Source: Phycisphaerales bacterium (GTDB lineage Bacteria > Planctomycetota > Phycisphaerae > WQYP01). Taken from it: a DNA stretch of 15,610 bases. This document shows, in pieces, positions 6,794 through 15,610 of this stretch. Under the pieces are notes generated by a model that saw only the letters and a list, made by a program, of their open reading frames with translations, searched no databases and was not told the origin of the DNA. The stretch spans positions 1-15,610 of the forward strand of contig DAIDJN010000036.1 of assembly GCA_027451365.1 (NCBI GenBank), read 5' to 3'. Every line of letters begins with the position of its first letter. The stretch's first letter is position 1. Both the position numbers and the translations under genes were made by a program.

Positions 6794-9343
6794 TTGAAAT
6801 TCCTTTCCTTCATCCCGATGGCGGGCATACTGGCTTTCGGGGCGATATTCGGTGCAGATTATGCCGTGCCTTGGGCTTTTTCATCTCAATTGCCAAGCCG
6901 GCCGCACTCTCAACTGATTCGGCGCGGCTTACCGATTGCCGAGCCATATCCGTCGCTGCATGGCGGCTCATTTTCCGGGCCAGAAGTTAAACTCTCTCCA
7001 GATCCGCTGGTTGCATACCACTGGCCCCATCCCGCAGCCTCCGACGGGTTGCAAACGTACGCGCTTCGTCCGACGGCCGTTTACACACAATCGCCCAAAT
7101 CCTTTTCCAATCTCAGATCCGCGACGAGCCAACGATGCAATATCACCGTCAATGGAACCGGTGCTATTCGCGTGGACTTCGGCGTGGAAAGCGCCGCGTG
7201 GCTGGAATTTGACAGCCCGGACCTTCACGGCAGTAAAGTGGAAATGGGAGTAAGCGAATTTAATTCACCCGCCCATGAGACCGATTCCATCGGCGTGCCG
7301 GAACGAATCGGCAACACCTGCCGGATCAAACTCAATCCCGAATATTATGAGGGAGTGCGATTCGGCTGGATTTATATTCGCAGCTTCTCAGGAAAGCCGT
7401 GGCACATTACCGCCATTAGGGCGGTTTGCCAGATAAAGCCAACCAATTACGCCGGCAGTTTTTCCTGCAGCAACCCGCTGCTCACCCGAATATGGTACAC
7501 CGGCGCATATACGGTGAAACTTAACTTGCTTAAGAATTACTTCGGAGCCATCCTGATGAATCGTGGGGATCGCATTTCCTGGGTTGGCGACGCACATGTG
7601 GCACAATCCGCGGCGATGGTGGCCTTCGGCAATTTTGATTTTGTAAAACAGAATCTGAATCTTTCCGCCGGCAAAGGAAATGGAATTGCCAGTTATTATC
7701 TGTACTGGGTGCTTAGCCTGGTGGATTATTATCGCTATACCGGAAATGTGGCAGAACTTATAAAGTATTATCCATTGGTCAAAACATTGATGGATAAAGC
7801 CTCTGCTGATTTTTCGCATCCTCATATTTCCTTTTATGGTTGGGACGATCGACTGGGTGGATTCGCCAGCGCAGAGAATCCCATCACGCGGGAAGCATAT
7901 CGCATGTTGTTCATTGAAACATGCCGACGCTTTGCCTGGGCCGCCGGCGAAGCCGGAAACAAGGCCCTGCAACAAAAGTATGCCCAAGTGGCCAGTCAAT
8001 GTGCCGCCGAAATTCAGAGACATCCGGACTGGGTGAAAAACGCCGATCTGTTTTCGGCCAGCGACGCGATTAACGCCGGGGTTCCCACTTCCGCTCAGTT
8101 GCGCGAACTGGACCGACGTTGCTTCGCCAGCCGGCTTAATCGCATTTCATTTTCGCCATTTAACGAGTATTTTGTCGTGGAAGCAATGGCACGGGCGCAC
8201 TTGTGGAATGAAGCAATCGAAACAGTTCTGGATGACTGGGGTGGCCAGATTCATTATGGCGGCACAACTTTTTTTGAGGTTTACTGGCCAGGATGGAACA
8301 AGATCATCGACACCAACGGCGGCATCCCGAGCACCATTTGTGGCCCGACCAGTCTTTGTCATCCATGGAGCGCCGGCTGCACGACCTGGCTGACGCAATG
8401 GATTGCGGGAATTCGGCCCACGACGCCTGGCTTTGCGACCGTGACCATCATGCCCCACCTGGCGAGTACCGTTACGTGGGTTAAAGCAACCGCACCGACA
8501 CCGCACGGGACCATATCCGAATCCGTTGACGTAACCCACGGCAGCGGGGAATTTACCATTCCATCCGGTATTACCGCGACTATCGGCGTGCCCAAGGCGG
8601 GACGACAGATAACAGCGATTACGGTCAATGGTCAGGCGGCATGGTCACATAACCACTTTATTCATTGTCCGGGCCTGGTTGGAGCACGATCCAGCCATTC
8701 GTTTATCATTTTCCGTGGAGTGCAATCTGGCCGATACACTATGGCAATATCCTATCTTGGACACAGCCCCACCTTCCTGCATGAACCGTTTATATTTCCT
8801 GTTCGGGAACTGGGACAAGACTCGGTTACGCAAGGCAATTGGGGCGGCGTATATGGCCACGATGGTTATGTGCTTTTTGCGGATGGATCAAAAGAGGTGG
8901 ATATCGATCATGTTCCGAAATATGTTCAATCTGTCCATTGCTTATGGGGATATAAAACTGTATGGCCCGGCGGGGCGTCGGATCGCCGCGCGCTGGCGAT
9001 AAATGCGTCAAACGGCAATACCCATCGAATTGCGGGTGTATTTTATTCTGGTCTGACCTCGCAAGCACCGCAGGCAGCAGTGGACATTCGTCTCAAGCAC
9101 AGGCGAGACTACCGTTTGGCATTATATGCGGTTGATTTTGACCGGAAGAATCGGAAGGAAACCATCAGCGTAGAAAACCTTACAACCAGACAACTGATCG
9201 CCCCGCTCTCGGCATTTTCGCATTTTTCCGACGGGAAATACATGGTATTTGAATGCCACGGCAGTGTTCGCATAAGGTTTGACCCGATCCGCGGCGGCAA
9301 CGCGGTGCTTAGCGGAATATTTTTTGACCCGCCGGGGGGTTGA
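6794..9343 (+). CDS. Secreted GH78-like (alpha-L-rhamnosidase-type six-hairpin) glycoside hydrolase with an extra C-terminal module
   Basis: 849 aa. TTG start with RBS AGGAG at 6783-6787 and an N-terminal hydrophobic signal. Motifs GSFSCSNPLLTRIWYTGAYT, RGDRISWVGD, GGTTFFE, SLCHPWSAG and PTPHGTI. Confidence 0.85.
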   Translation: MKFLSFIPMAGILAFGAIFGADYAVPWAFSSQLPSRPHSQLIRRGLPIAEPYPSLHGGSFSGPEVKLSPDPLVAYHWPHPAASDGLQTYALRPTAVYTQSPKSFSNLRSATSQRCNITVNGTGAIRVDFGVESAAWLEFDSPDLHGSKVEMGVSEFNSPAHETDSIGVPERIGNTCRIKLNPEYYEGVRFGWIYIRSFSGKPWHITAIRAVCQIKPTNYAGSFSCSNPLLTRIWYTGAYTVKLNLLKNYFGAILMNRGDRISWVGDAHVAQSAAMVAFGNFDFVKQNLNLSAGKGNGIASYYLYWVLSLVDYYRYTGNVAELIKYYPLVKTLMDKASADFSHPHISFYGWDDRLGGFASAENPITREAYRMLFIETCRRFAWAAGEAGNKALQQKYAQVASQCAAEIQRHPDWVKNADLFSASDAINAGVPTSAQLRELDRRCFASRLNRISFSPFNEYFVVEAMARAHLWNEAIETVLDDWGGQIHYGGTTFFEVYWPGWNKIIDTNGGIPSTICGPTSLCHPWSAGCTTWLTQWIAGIRPTTPGFATVTIMPHLASTVTWVKATAPTPHGTISESVDVTHGSGEFTIPSGITATIGVPKAGRQITAITVNGQAAWSHNHFIHCPGLVGARSSHSFIIFRGVQSGRYTMAISYLGHSPTFLHEPFIFPVRELGQDSVTQGNWGGVYGHDGYVLFADGSKEVDIDHVPKYVQSVHCLWGYKTVWPGGASDRRALAINASNGNTHRIAGVFYSGLTSQAPQAAVDIRLKHRRDYRLALYAVDFDRKNRKETISVENLTTRQLIAPLSAFSHFSDGKYMVFECHGSVRIRFDPIRGGNAVLSGIFFDPPGG

Positions 9344-9415
9344 CTTTCCGGCTTTAGGAATGAATTGATTACTCAGCCTCTCGCAATCAACAGCGATATT
9401 TTAAAGGACACAAAA

Positions 9416-12400
9416 ATGACACAACCAACCGTTAAAGGAAAGAGTTGCCGCGCTGCGGCGATTTTCTTGTGGATTTCTTCGCTATATATGTGTGGCACCG
9501 CCCTTGCCGCCGGCGTGGCGCCGGCCACCCCGCCTACCGCGCCAGATCATCTGCAAGTACAACTGCGCAAAAACCCGCTGGCGGTAAATTCTCGGCATCC
9601 TGAATTCGGATGGGTCCTGCCATGGAAAGGCCGTGGCCAGTTGCAAATCGCTTACCAGATTCTTGTTGCTTCATCGCGACAGGATTTGGATCAGAACAGA
9701 GGAAATCTGTGGAATTCGGGCAAGGTGCTCTCGCATAACTCAATTGCTATTCCATACGCAGGCTCGGCGCTTGCTGGAAGACAACAGTGCTTCTGGAAAG
9801 TGCGAGTCTGGAATCAGGCAGAAGAAGCCACCCAATGGAGCACAATCGCCAGATGGAGGGAAGGATTGTGGACCGCTGCCGCGTGGCATCACGCGGAATG
9901 GATCGGGCTGCCGTTGGGTTCCAATTCACGAGCCGCGTCGTTGATCAATGCCCGATGGATATGGTATCCGGAGGGACAGCCCGCCCAGTCGGCACCAATT
10001 GGCACCCGCACTTTCCGCCGGATCATTCTGCTGCCAACGAAAACCCGGCTTCGCAAAGCGATCGTCGCGATGACAGCGGACAACGCCTTTGTCTTGCGGA
10101 TTAATGGCCGACGGGTGGAACACGGAGACAATTTTAATCATGTCTATACGGCAGACACAAGTCGATTTTTTCATCCTGGTCGCAATGTCATCAGCGTAGC
10201 CGCCACAAATACCGGCACAAGCCCCAACCCGGCAGGTCTGATTGGAAATTTTCATTTTGCATTTACTGACGGCAAAACCTTAAATCTGCCGACCGACGCA
10301 TCCTGGCAGGCTTCGCGGCACTGGGCAGGCTCCTGGACAAAAGCGATGGTGCTGGGTGGTTACGGAATCGGCCCGTGGGGACAGTTGGCAAATGGCTATC
10401 GGCGAAGTCTGCCGGCCCGATATCTTCGCCGGGATTTTGTGCTGACAAAACATGTTAAAAAGGCTTTGGTCTATTTCAGCGGCCTGGGCTGGAGCAAGCT
10501 GTTTATTAATGGCCACGCGATCAGCAAAGACCAACTGTCGCCGGCCCTGAGCTGGTATCCTAGCCGCTGCTATTACCGAACCTATGATGTCACACGATAT
10601 CTGGTTAAGGGGCAGAATACGATCGGGGTTATTCTGGGGAACGGCCGATTTTATGCGCCTCGGCTGCATTTTCCAACCGCCACAGTCGGTTTTGGCGCGC
10701 CGCGGCTTATTTTGCAGTTGCACATTCGACTGAATGACGGCTCCGTTCAACGGGTCAGCAGCAATACAAATTGGAAGGCCACCGCCAATGGCCCGATAAC
10801 CGCCAACAACGAATATGACGGCGAAACCTATGATGCCCGCAAGCGGATGCCCGGCTGGGATCGCCCGGGGTTTGATGCAGCATCCTGGTCGAAGGCGGTC
10901 AAACTTAAATCGCCCGGTGGCCGACTGATATCACAATTTTCGCAGCCGATTCGGGTTACACGCCTGGTGCATCCTATCAAACTGGTAAACATTTCGCCCG
11001 GCAAGTGGATGTTTGATATGGGCCAGAATATGGCTGGCTGGTGCCGTATTCAGGTGCCCGGCGGGCCGAGGGGTACGACAATAGTGATGCGACACGGTGA
11101 AAGCCTGACGCGCAATGGACACTATACAGTTGACCTGCAAAATACCGGAAATGGGCAACTGCATCTTTTTGTTGCAAATCTAAGATCTGCCAAACAAACG
11201 GATACTCTGATTCTCAATGGCAAAGGACCCATTTCGTGGCATCCGATATTTACCACTCACGGGTTCCGTTTTGTTGAATTGATCGGGTATCCCGGCATTC
11301 CCACGCTTTCCTCTCTGGTAGGGGAGGAAGTACATGATGCGTTGCCGACGACTGGTGGCTTTTCCTGTTCGGATACACTGGTAAACAAACTTTTTCACAA
11401 CTGGCAATGGGGCACGAAAAACAATTATCGCTCGATCCCCTCTGATTGTCCGCAGCGCGATGAACGACAGGGCTGGATGGGTGACCGCTCGGAAGAATCA
11501 CAGGGAGAAATGTTTGCGTTTAACAACCAGCGATTTTATCAGATGTGGCTCGACGATATGCAGGATGCGCAGCAGCCAAACGGGGCAATCTCGGATGTGA
11601 ATCCACCCTATTGGCCGTTTTACAACAACAACGTGACCTGGCCAAGCACATTTATTTTTCTGCCGTACAATCTGTATAAGCAATTTGGCCGCCTGGCAGT
11701 CATTCGAGATCATTACGCGGCGGAATCCAAATGGATCAATCTGGAACTTGGTTTTGTGCACCATGGAATCACATCCATGGACAATTACGGTGACTGGTGC
11801 TCACCATCCAGATCACCAGCGCATATTCATTCCCGTGATCCAAACCGCGCGACACCAGGCCCCCTTCTGGCCAGCGTGACGCTGTATCAGGATCTGAAAC
11901 TCATGGCCTGGTACGCCAGCCTGCTGCATAAGCATGCTGACAGGCGCAACTGGCTGCGTGCCGCGTCCAGAATAAAGGCGGGCGTTAACCGCCAACTGTG
12001 GAACCCGGTCAAACACTATTACGGCAACGGGTCAGACACCTCCTGCATATTGCCGCTGGCGGCGGGCATTGTGCCGCCAGCCCGTCGCACGGATGTCATT
12101 CGTAGACTTTTGTATCGAATCAAGGTGGTTCAACATGGACATGTCGGCAGCGGACTGATTGGTGGACAATGGCTGTTTAGAACCCTGACGGACATCGGAC
12201 AGGCCCAGACGGCCTGGAATATGCTCAATAAGGTAAGTTATCCGAGTTGGGGCTTTATGATCGGCCATGGCGCAACGACAATCTGGGAACTTTGGAACGG
12301 CAATACCGCCAACCCCGCCATGAATTCGCAGGATCATGTGATGCTTATCGGCGACATGATGACCTGGTTATTTGAAGACATTGGCGGCATAAAGAGCGAC

Positions 12401-12730
12401 CCGCTGCATCCGGGATTTCGTCATATTATTATGCGACCAATACCGTTACAAGGGTTGACATGGGTCCATTCATGGCATCGTTCGCCATTCGGCAAAATTG
12501 TGAGTAACTGGAAGATTACTTCAGACGGCACGTTCAACTGGCATATAGAAATTCCCGCCAATTCGGTCGCCACCGTGGAAATTCCGACAACTGCAGCGGG
12601 TGCTGTGCGGCTAAATGGCAGGCCCATACACAATAAACGTTGGATCAAACTGTTGCGATATAAACAGGGCCGGGCGGTCTATTCCGTGGAATCCGGAAAT
12701 TATGATTTCTCTGCGCCGGAAATTCAATAA
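9416..12730 (+). CDS. Secreted GH78 alpha-L-rhamnosidase (multidomain, with a CBM67-like insert)
   Basis: The start is re-assigned to ATG 9416 (RBS AAAGGA 9403-9408, in frame with ORF 9365). Signal peptide ...GTALA. Motifs QIAYQILVAS...LWNSGKV, FDMGQNMAGW, DCPQRDERQGWMGD, GATTIWELWN, MNSQDH and SPFGKIVSNW. Confidence 0.95.
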   Translation: MTQPTVKGKSCRAAAIFLWISSLYMCGTALAAGVAPATPPTAPDHLQVQLRKNPLAVNSRHPEFGWVLPWKGRGQLQIAYQILVASSRQDLDQNRGNLWNSGKVLSHNSIAIPYAGSALAGRQQCFWKVRVWNQAEEATQWSTIARWREGLWTAAAWHHAEWIGLPLGSNSRAASLINARWIWYPEGQPAQSAPIGTRTFRRIILLPTKTRLRKAIVAMTADNAFVLRINGRRVEHGDNFNHVYTADTSRFFHPGRNVISVAATNTGTSPNPAGLIGNFHFAFTDGKTLNLPTDASWQASRHWAGSWTKAMVLGGYGIGPWGQLANGYRRSLPARYLRRDFVLTKHVKKALVYFSGLGWSKLFINGHAISKDQLSPALSWYPSRCYYRTYDVTRYLVKGQNTIGVILGNGRFYAPRLHFPTATVGFGAPRLILQLHIRLNDGSVQRVSSNTNWKATANGPITANNEYDGETYDARKRMPGWDRPGFDAASWSKAVKLKSPGGRLISQFSQPIRVTRLVHPIKLVNISPGKWMFDMGQNMAGWCRIQVPGGPRGTTIVMRHGESLTRNGHYTVDLQNTGNGQLHLFVANLRSAKQTDTLILNGKGPISWHPIFTTHGFRFVELIGYPGIPTLSSLVGEEVHDALPTTGGFSCSDTLVNKLFHNWQWGTKNNYRSIPSDCPQRDERQGWMGDRSEESQGEMFAFNNQRFYQMWLDDMQDAQQPNGAISDVNPPYWPFYNNNVTWPSTFIFLPYNLYKQFGRLAVIRDHYAAESKWINLELGFVHHGITSMDNYGDWCSPSRSPAHIHSRDPNRATPGPLLASVTLYQDLKLMAWYASLLHKHADRRNWLRAASRIKAGVNRQLWNPVKHYYGNGSDTSCILPLAAGIVPPARRTDVIRRLLYRIKVVQHGHVGSGLIGGQWLFRTLTDIGQAQTAWNMLNKVSYPSWGFMIGHGATTIWELWNGNTANPAMNSQDHVMLIGDMMTWLFEDIGGIKSDPLHPGFRHIIMRPIPLQGLTWVHSWHRSPFGKIVSNWKITSDGTFNWHIEIPANSVATVEIPTTAAGAVRLNGRPIHNKRWIKLLRYKQGRAVYSVESGNYDFSAPEIQ

Positions 12731-12820
12731 AATCGGATGCGAACGGATACGGGTTATCGCTCGGTGAAATAGAGCTTTAATCAATGCCAATTCCCCCCAC
12801 CTTTTTTCCAGGAGAACGTC

Positions 12821-15286
12821 ATGAAGCCGAAAATATTCCCCGGATTGGCCAGCCTGGCTCTGGCAACGATCCTGCTGCTGTTTCAATTGGCCGCAACAAA
12901 TGCGGTGGCCGCCAAATCCGGATTGAAAGGATTTACATTTGCGGTTCCGCCAGTCATTGATCCCACGTTCGGCATGCCCCGCCCTAAAGTGATCGCCAAC
13001 ACACTTGGTGCCCCCCCCTTCTGGATATGGGCCGCAAGCGTAAGCGATCACCAGACCGTTTTCCTTCGGAAATCTCTTATTTTAAAAGCTCCGCCGAACA
13101 AACCGCTGGTCTATGTGACGGCGGATAATTATTTCACTTTGTACATCAATGGTAAAAAAGTCGCCAGTCGACTGTCCAATTCGATGGCTTGGAGCCAGGT
13201 CTACCGGATAAATGTGGCCGCATACCTGCATTCAGGCAGGAACGAATTTGCCATCAAAGCCACAAATGACGGCGGCCCAGCCGGCGCGATATTGTGGCTG
13301 ATTGGTGGGGACCGTACACTGCTGAAAACGGATGGTTCATGGCATGAGTCAGACCATCCGAAACAACACTGGCAAACAGGCACCGACCAGTCGCATTGGA
13401 AGCAGGCGACCGTCGAAGCAAACTACGGTGGAGGTCCTTGGGGAGACGCTCTGACACCATGGCCCGACCACGCCCCCTATCTTTTTCACCTGTTTTTTCA
13501 GCCGGAACATGTCACCGTCATTCACCATCCGGGTGCATTTTCCGGTCTGCATTCCTTAGCCCGCATATTAACACCGCAAAATCGCAGCGCATTGCGTCCG
13601 GGGTATCGGGGCACCTCCCTGCTGGCACCGGCGCGTCGAATTCAGATGCAGGTAAACGCGGGCACCGCATCTCCGGAAGTTCTGCTGGATTTCGGCCAGG
13701 AAGTTGCGGGGCGAATACAAGTGCGAGGCGCCGGAGGCACCGTGCTGATAGGAACCGGGGAATCCCGCGGCGAAGCGTTGCGTGGCCCATGGGGCGGTTG
13801 GCATTCGTTTAGCCTGAATACCGATCAGACGGAATCAACGCCTTACAGTGCGTTTCGGTACGCAGCGGTACAATTTTCAGGTCCGGGGCCGATTCGACTT
13901 AACCGCCTAAGACTGGATTTTAAGTATTATCCCGTCAAATACAGAGGTGCGTTTGCCTGTTCGGACCCCCTGTTAACAAAAATCTGGTACACCGGCGCTT
14001 ATACTTCGCATCTATGCATGCAGGAAAATATCTGGGATGCGCCGAAGCGCGACCGTGCGATGTGGATGGGCGATCTTCAGGTTTCCGGCGAAGTGATCAA
14101 TAATGTGTTTCTCGATCACTTTCTCATGGAACAGACCATGCGGCGGCTGCGTGAGCAGGCACAGGGAGGAAATCCGCCCGCCGCACTGCCGACCAATGAT
14201 GTGAACGGAATTCCGGGTTACTCCTGCGCGTGGATATGCGGGCTTGAGGACTTTTACCGGCATACCGGCGCGATCAGGTATATCCGTTCACAGCATTTGC
14301 TGCTGCTGTCCATGCTGCGCTATATGAAGCAGGCGTTTAATGCCAGTAATCTGTTCGTAAACGGGCACAATCACTGGTGTTTTACCGACTGGTCAAGCAA
14401 ATTGCATGGAAATGCGCCGCAGTCCTATGAAGCAACAGATTTATATACTTGCATGGCCGTCAGACGGGCGGTCTTGCTGCTTCGCGTAATGGGCGACACC
14501 ACCAATGCCCGTCGATACGCACGCTGGGATAAAACTCTGATTATTGCGGCCCGAAAATATCCTGCGGATTCCCGGACCGGAACTTTCACGGACCTGCGGG
14601 ACGTAAACGCCATGGCAATCGATTCGGGTGTGGCGGACCTGGCACAGCGACGCGCCATCAAACGGTATATCCTCGGGCCAAATTGCTCATCCTGGAGACA
14701 GATTGATTCGCCCTATTATAACAACTTTGTCCTTTTTGCCCTGGGGCGGCTCGGCCTGACGAATCAGGGACTAACCTTTGTACGAAATTATTGGGGTGGC
14801 ATGATCCATGAGGGCGCTACGACTTTCTGGGAGGGTTATGACCCATCCTGGCCCAAAGTCCACATTCATCAATTCCTTCAGGCCGACTGGGCTCAGGGAT
14901 ATTTTGTCAGCATGTGTCATGGCTGGTCCTGCGGAGTCACGAATTGGCTTACCCAATATGTACTGGGCGTGAATTCGACCGGGGGAGGTTTTGCGTCGGT
15001 CCGTATCGCTCCCCATCCCGGTGACCTGCATTGGATCAGCGGACGCGTACCCACACCGCACGGGGATATTCTGGTGCTGGTCCGAAGAAATCGATCCGCT
15101 GAATCGATACATGTATCTCTCCCGGCTGGCGTGCGAGCCACGATTGGAATACGCGGTGGGAACGCGACGATTAATGGGACGCAGGCCAAGGTAATTAAAG
15201 GTCAACGTTTGCACAATTACATCAAAATCCCGGCCGCCGGTTCACGGTCTATTTTGAACATTGCCGAATCAACTTCAGGTAATTAA
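12821..15286 (+). CDS. Secreted GH78 alpha-L-rhamnosidase (DxxKRDR type) with an N-terminal CBM67-like domain
   Basis: 821 aa. RBS AGGAG at 12810-12814 and a signal peptide. Motifs TADNYFTLYING, LLDFGQEVAG, DAPKRDRAMWMGD, GATTFWE, SMCHGWS and VPTPHGDI. Confidence 0.92.
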   Translation: MKPKIFPGLASLALATILLLFQLAATNAVAAKSGLKGFTFAVPPVIDPTFGMPRPKVIANTLGAPPFWIWAASVSDHQTVFLRKSLILKAPPNKPLVYVTADNYFTLYINGKKVASRLSNSMAWSQVYRINVAAYLHSGRNEFAIKATNDGGPAGAILWLIGGDRTLLKTDGSWHESDHPKQHWQTGTDQSHWKQATVEANYGGGPWGDALTPWPDHAPYLFHLFFQPEHVTVIHHPGAFSGLHSLARILTPQNRSALRPGYRGTSLLAPARRIQMQVNAGTASPEVLLDFGQEVAGRIQVRGAGGTVLIGTGESRGEALRGPWGGWHSFSLNTDQTESTPYSAFRYAAVQFSGPGPIRLNRLRLDFKYYPVKYRGAFACSDPLLTKIWYTGAYTSHLCMQENIWDAPKRDRAMWMGDLQVSGEVINNVFLDHFLMEQTMRRLREQAQGGNPPAALPTNDVNGIPGYSCAWICGLEDFYRHTGAIRYIRSQHLLLLSMLRYMKQAFNASNLFVNGHNHWCFTDWSSKLHGNAPQSYEATDLYTCMAVRRAVLLLRVMGDTTNARRYARWDKTLIIAARKYPADSRTGTFTDLRDVNAMAIDSGVADLAQRRAIKRYILGPNCSSWRQIDSPYYNNFVLFALGRLGLTNQGLTFVRNYWGGMIHEGATTFWEGYDPSWPKVHIHQFLQADWAQGYFVSMCHGWSCGVTNWLTQYVLGVNSTGGGFASVRIAPHPGDLHWISGRVPTPHGDILVLVRRNRSAESIHVSLPAGVRATIGIRGGNATINGTQAKVIKGQRLHNYIKIPAAGSRSILNIAESTSGN

Positions 15287-15551
15287 AAACCAACATGATG
15301 AGCATAACCAAGGAAGCACGTTACGAGGTGCGCTTTGGCAGCCGACCGAAAGATCGCGCCGAGCCTTCCTGATGCGCCATACCCTTTTTTGTCCGCAAGC
15401 TTGCGCCGCAATAAAACAATCGTGCGTCAGTTGATATATTCGGTTTGACTTCCAGCGGTAAATCTGGTGAAATGTTTTTCGGTCGTTTAGTTGAACGATT
15501 TTTATGGTTGAACGAATCTTAACCACATTAAAGCGGCGAAGGAGTTGATAC

Positions 15552-15610
15552 ATGTTCTCACGGACGATGGGCGTATTTCTGCTGGCAGGCTGTGGACTGT
15601 TGTTTTCACC
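15552..15610 (+). CDS. 5' end (partial) of a probable exported protein, function unknown
   Basis: RBS AAGGAG at 15539-15544 and ATG at 15552. MFSRTMGVFLLAGCGLLFS... looks like a signal peptide, and the frame runs off the window edge. Confidence 0.6.
   Translation, partial: MFSRTMGVFLLAGCGLLFS

Noticed and set aside
9365..9415. Longer TTG start for the second GH78
   Set aside because: ATG 9416 has an AAAGGA RBS and yields a more normal signal-peptide length.
1..15610. CRISPR array, IS/transposase, integrase, tRNA or rRNA
   Set aside because: No regularly spaced short repeats, mobile-element ORFs or recognisable RNA genes were seen.
15552..15610. LAGC lipobox in the final partial ORF
   Set aside because: The Cys is at position 14 and hydrophobic residues continue after it; the truncated sequence cannot distinguish a lipoprotein from an ordinary Sec signal.

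Overview
This is a polysaccharide-utilisation-like locus, most likely from a planctomycete (Phycisphaerae-like); the taxonomy is inferred from the PEP-CTERM plus prepilin/DUF1559-type gene content. From left to right it holds the 3' end of a GH92-like alpha-mannosidase (+), an AraC-family regulator (-), and a + strand cluster divergent from that regulator. The cluster opens with two tandem copies of a two-gene module: a PEP-CTERM surface protein with two CBM/DUF642-like beta-sandwich repeats, then a prepilin-type N-methylation protein with a variant H-X9-DG C-terminus. Three divergent, secreted GH78-type alpha-L-rhamnosidases follow, then the start of another exported protein. No SusC/SusD, TonB or ABC genes occur in the window. 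The PEP-CTERM + prepilin pairs sit where susCD sits in Bacteroidota loci, suggesting a distinct glycan capture/uptake system. Other notable signals are mosaic blocks of DNA identity between the PEP-CTERM paralogs and three sequence-unrelated ~40-nt hairpins that each end 28-30 nt before the next ATG.
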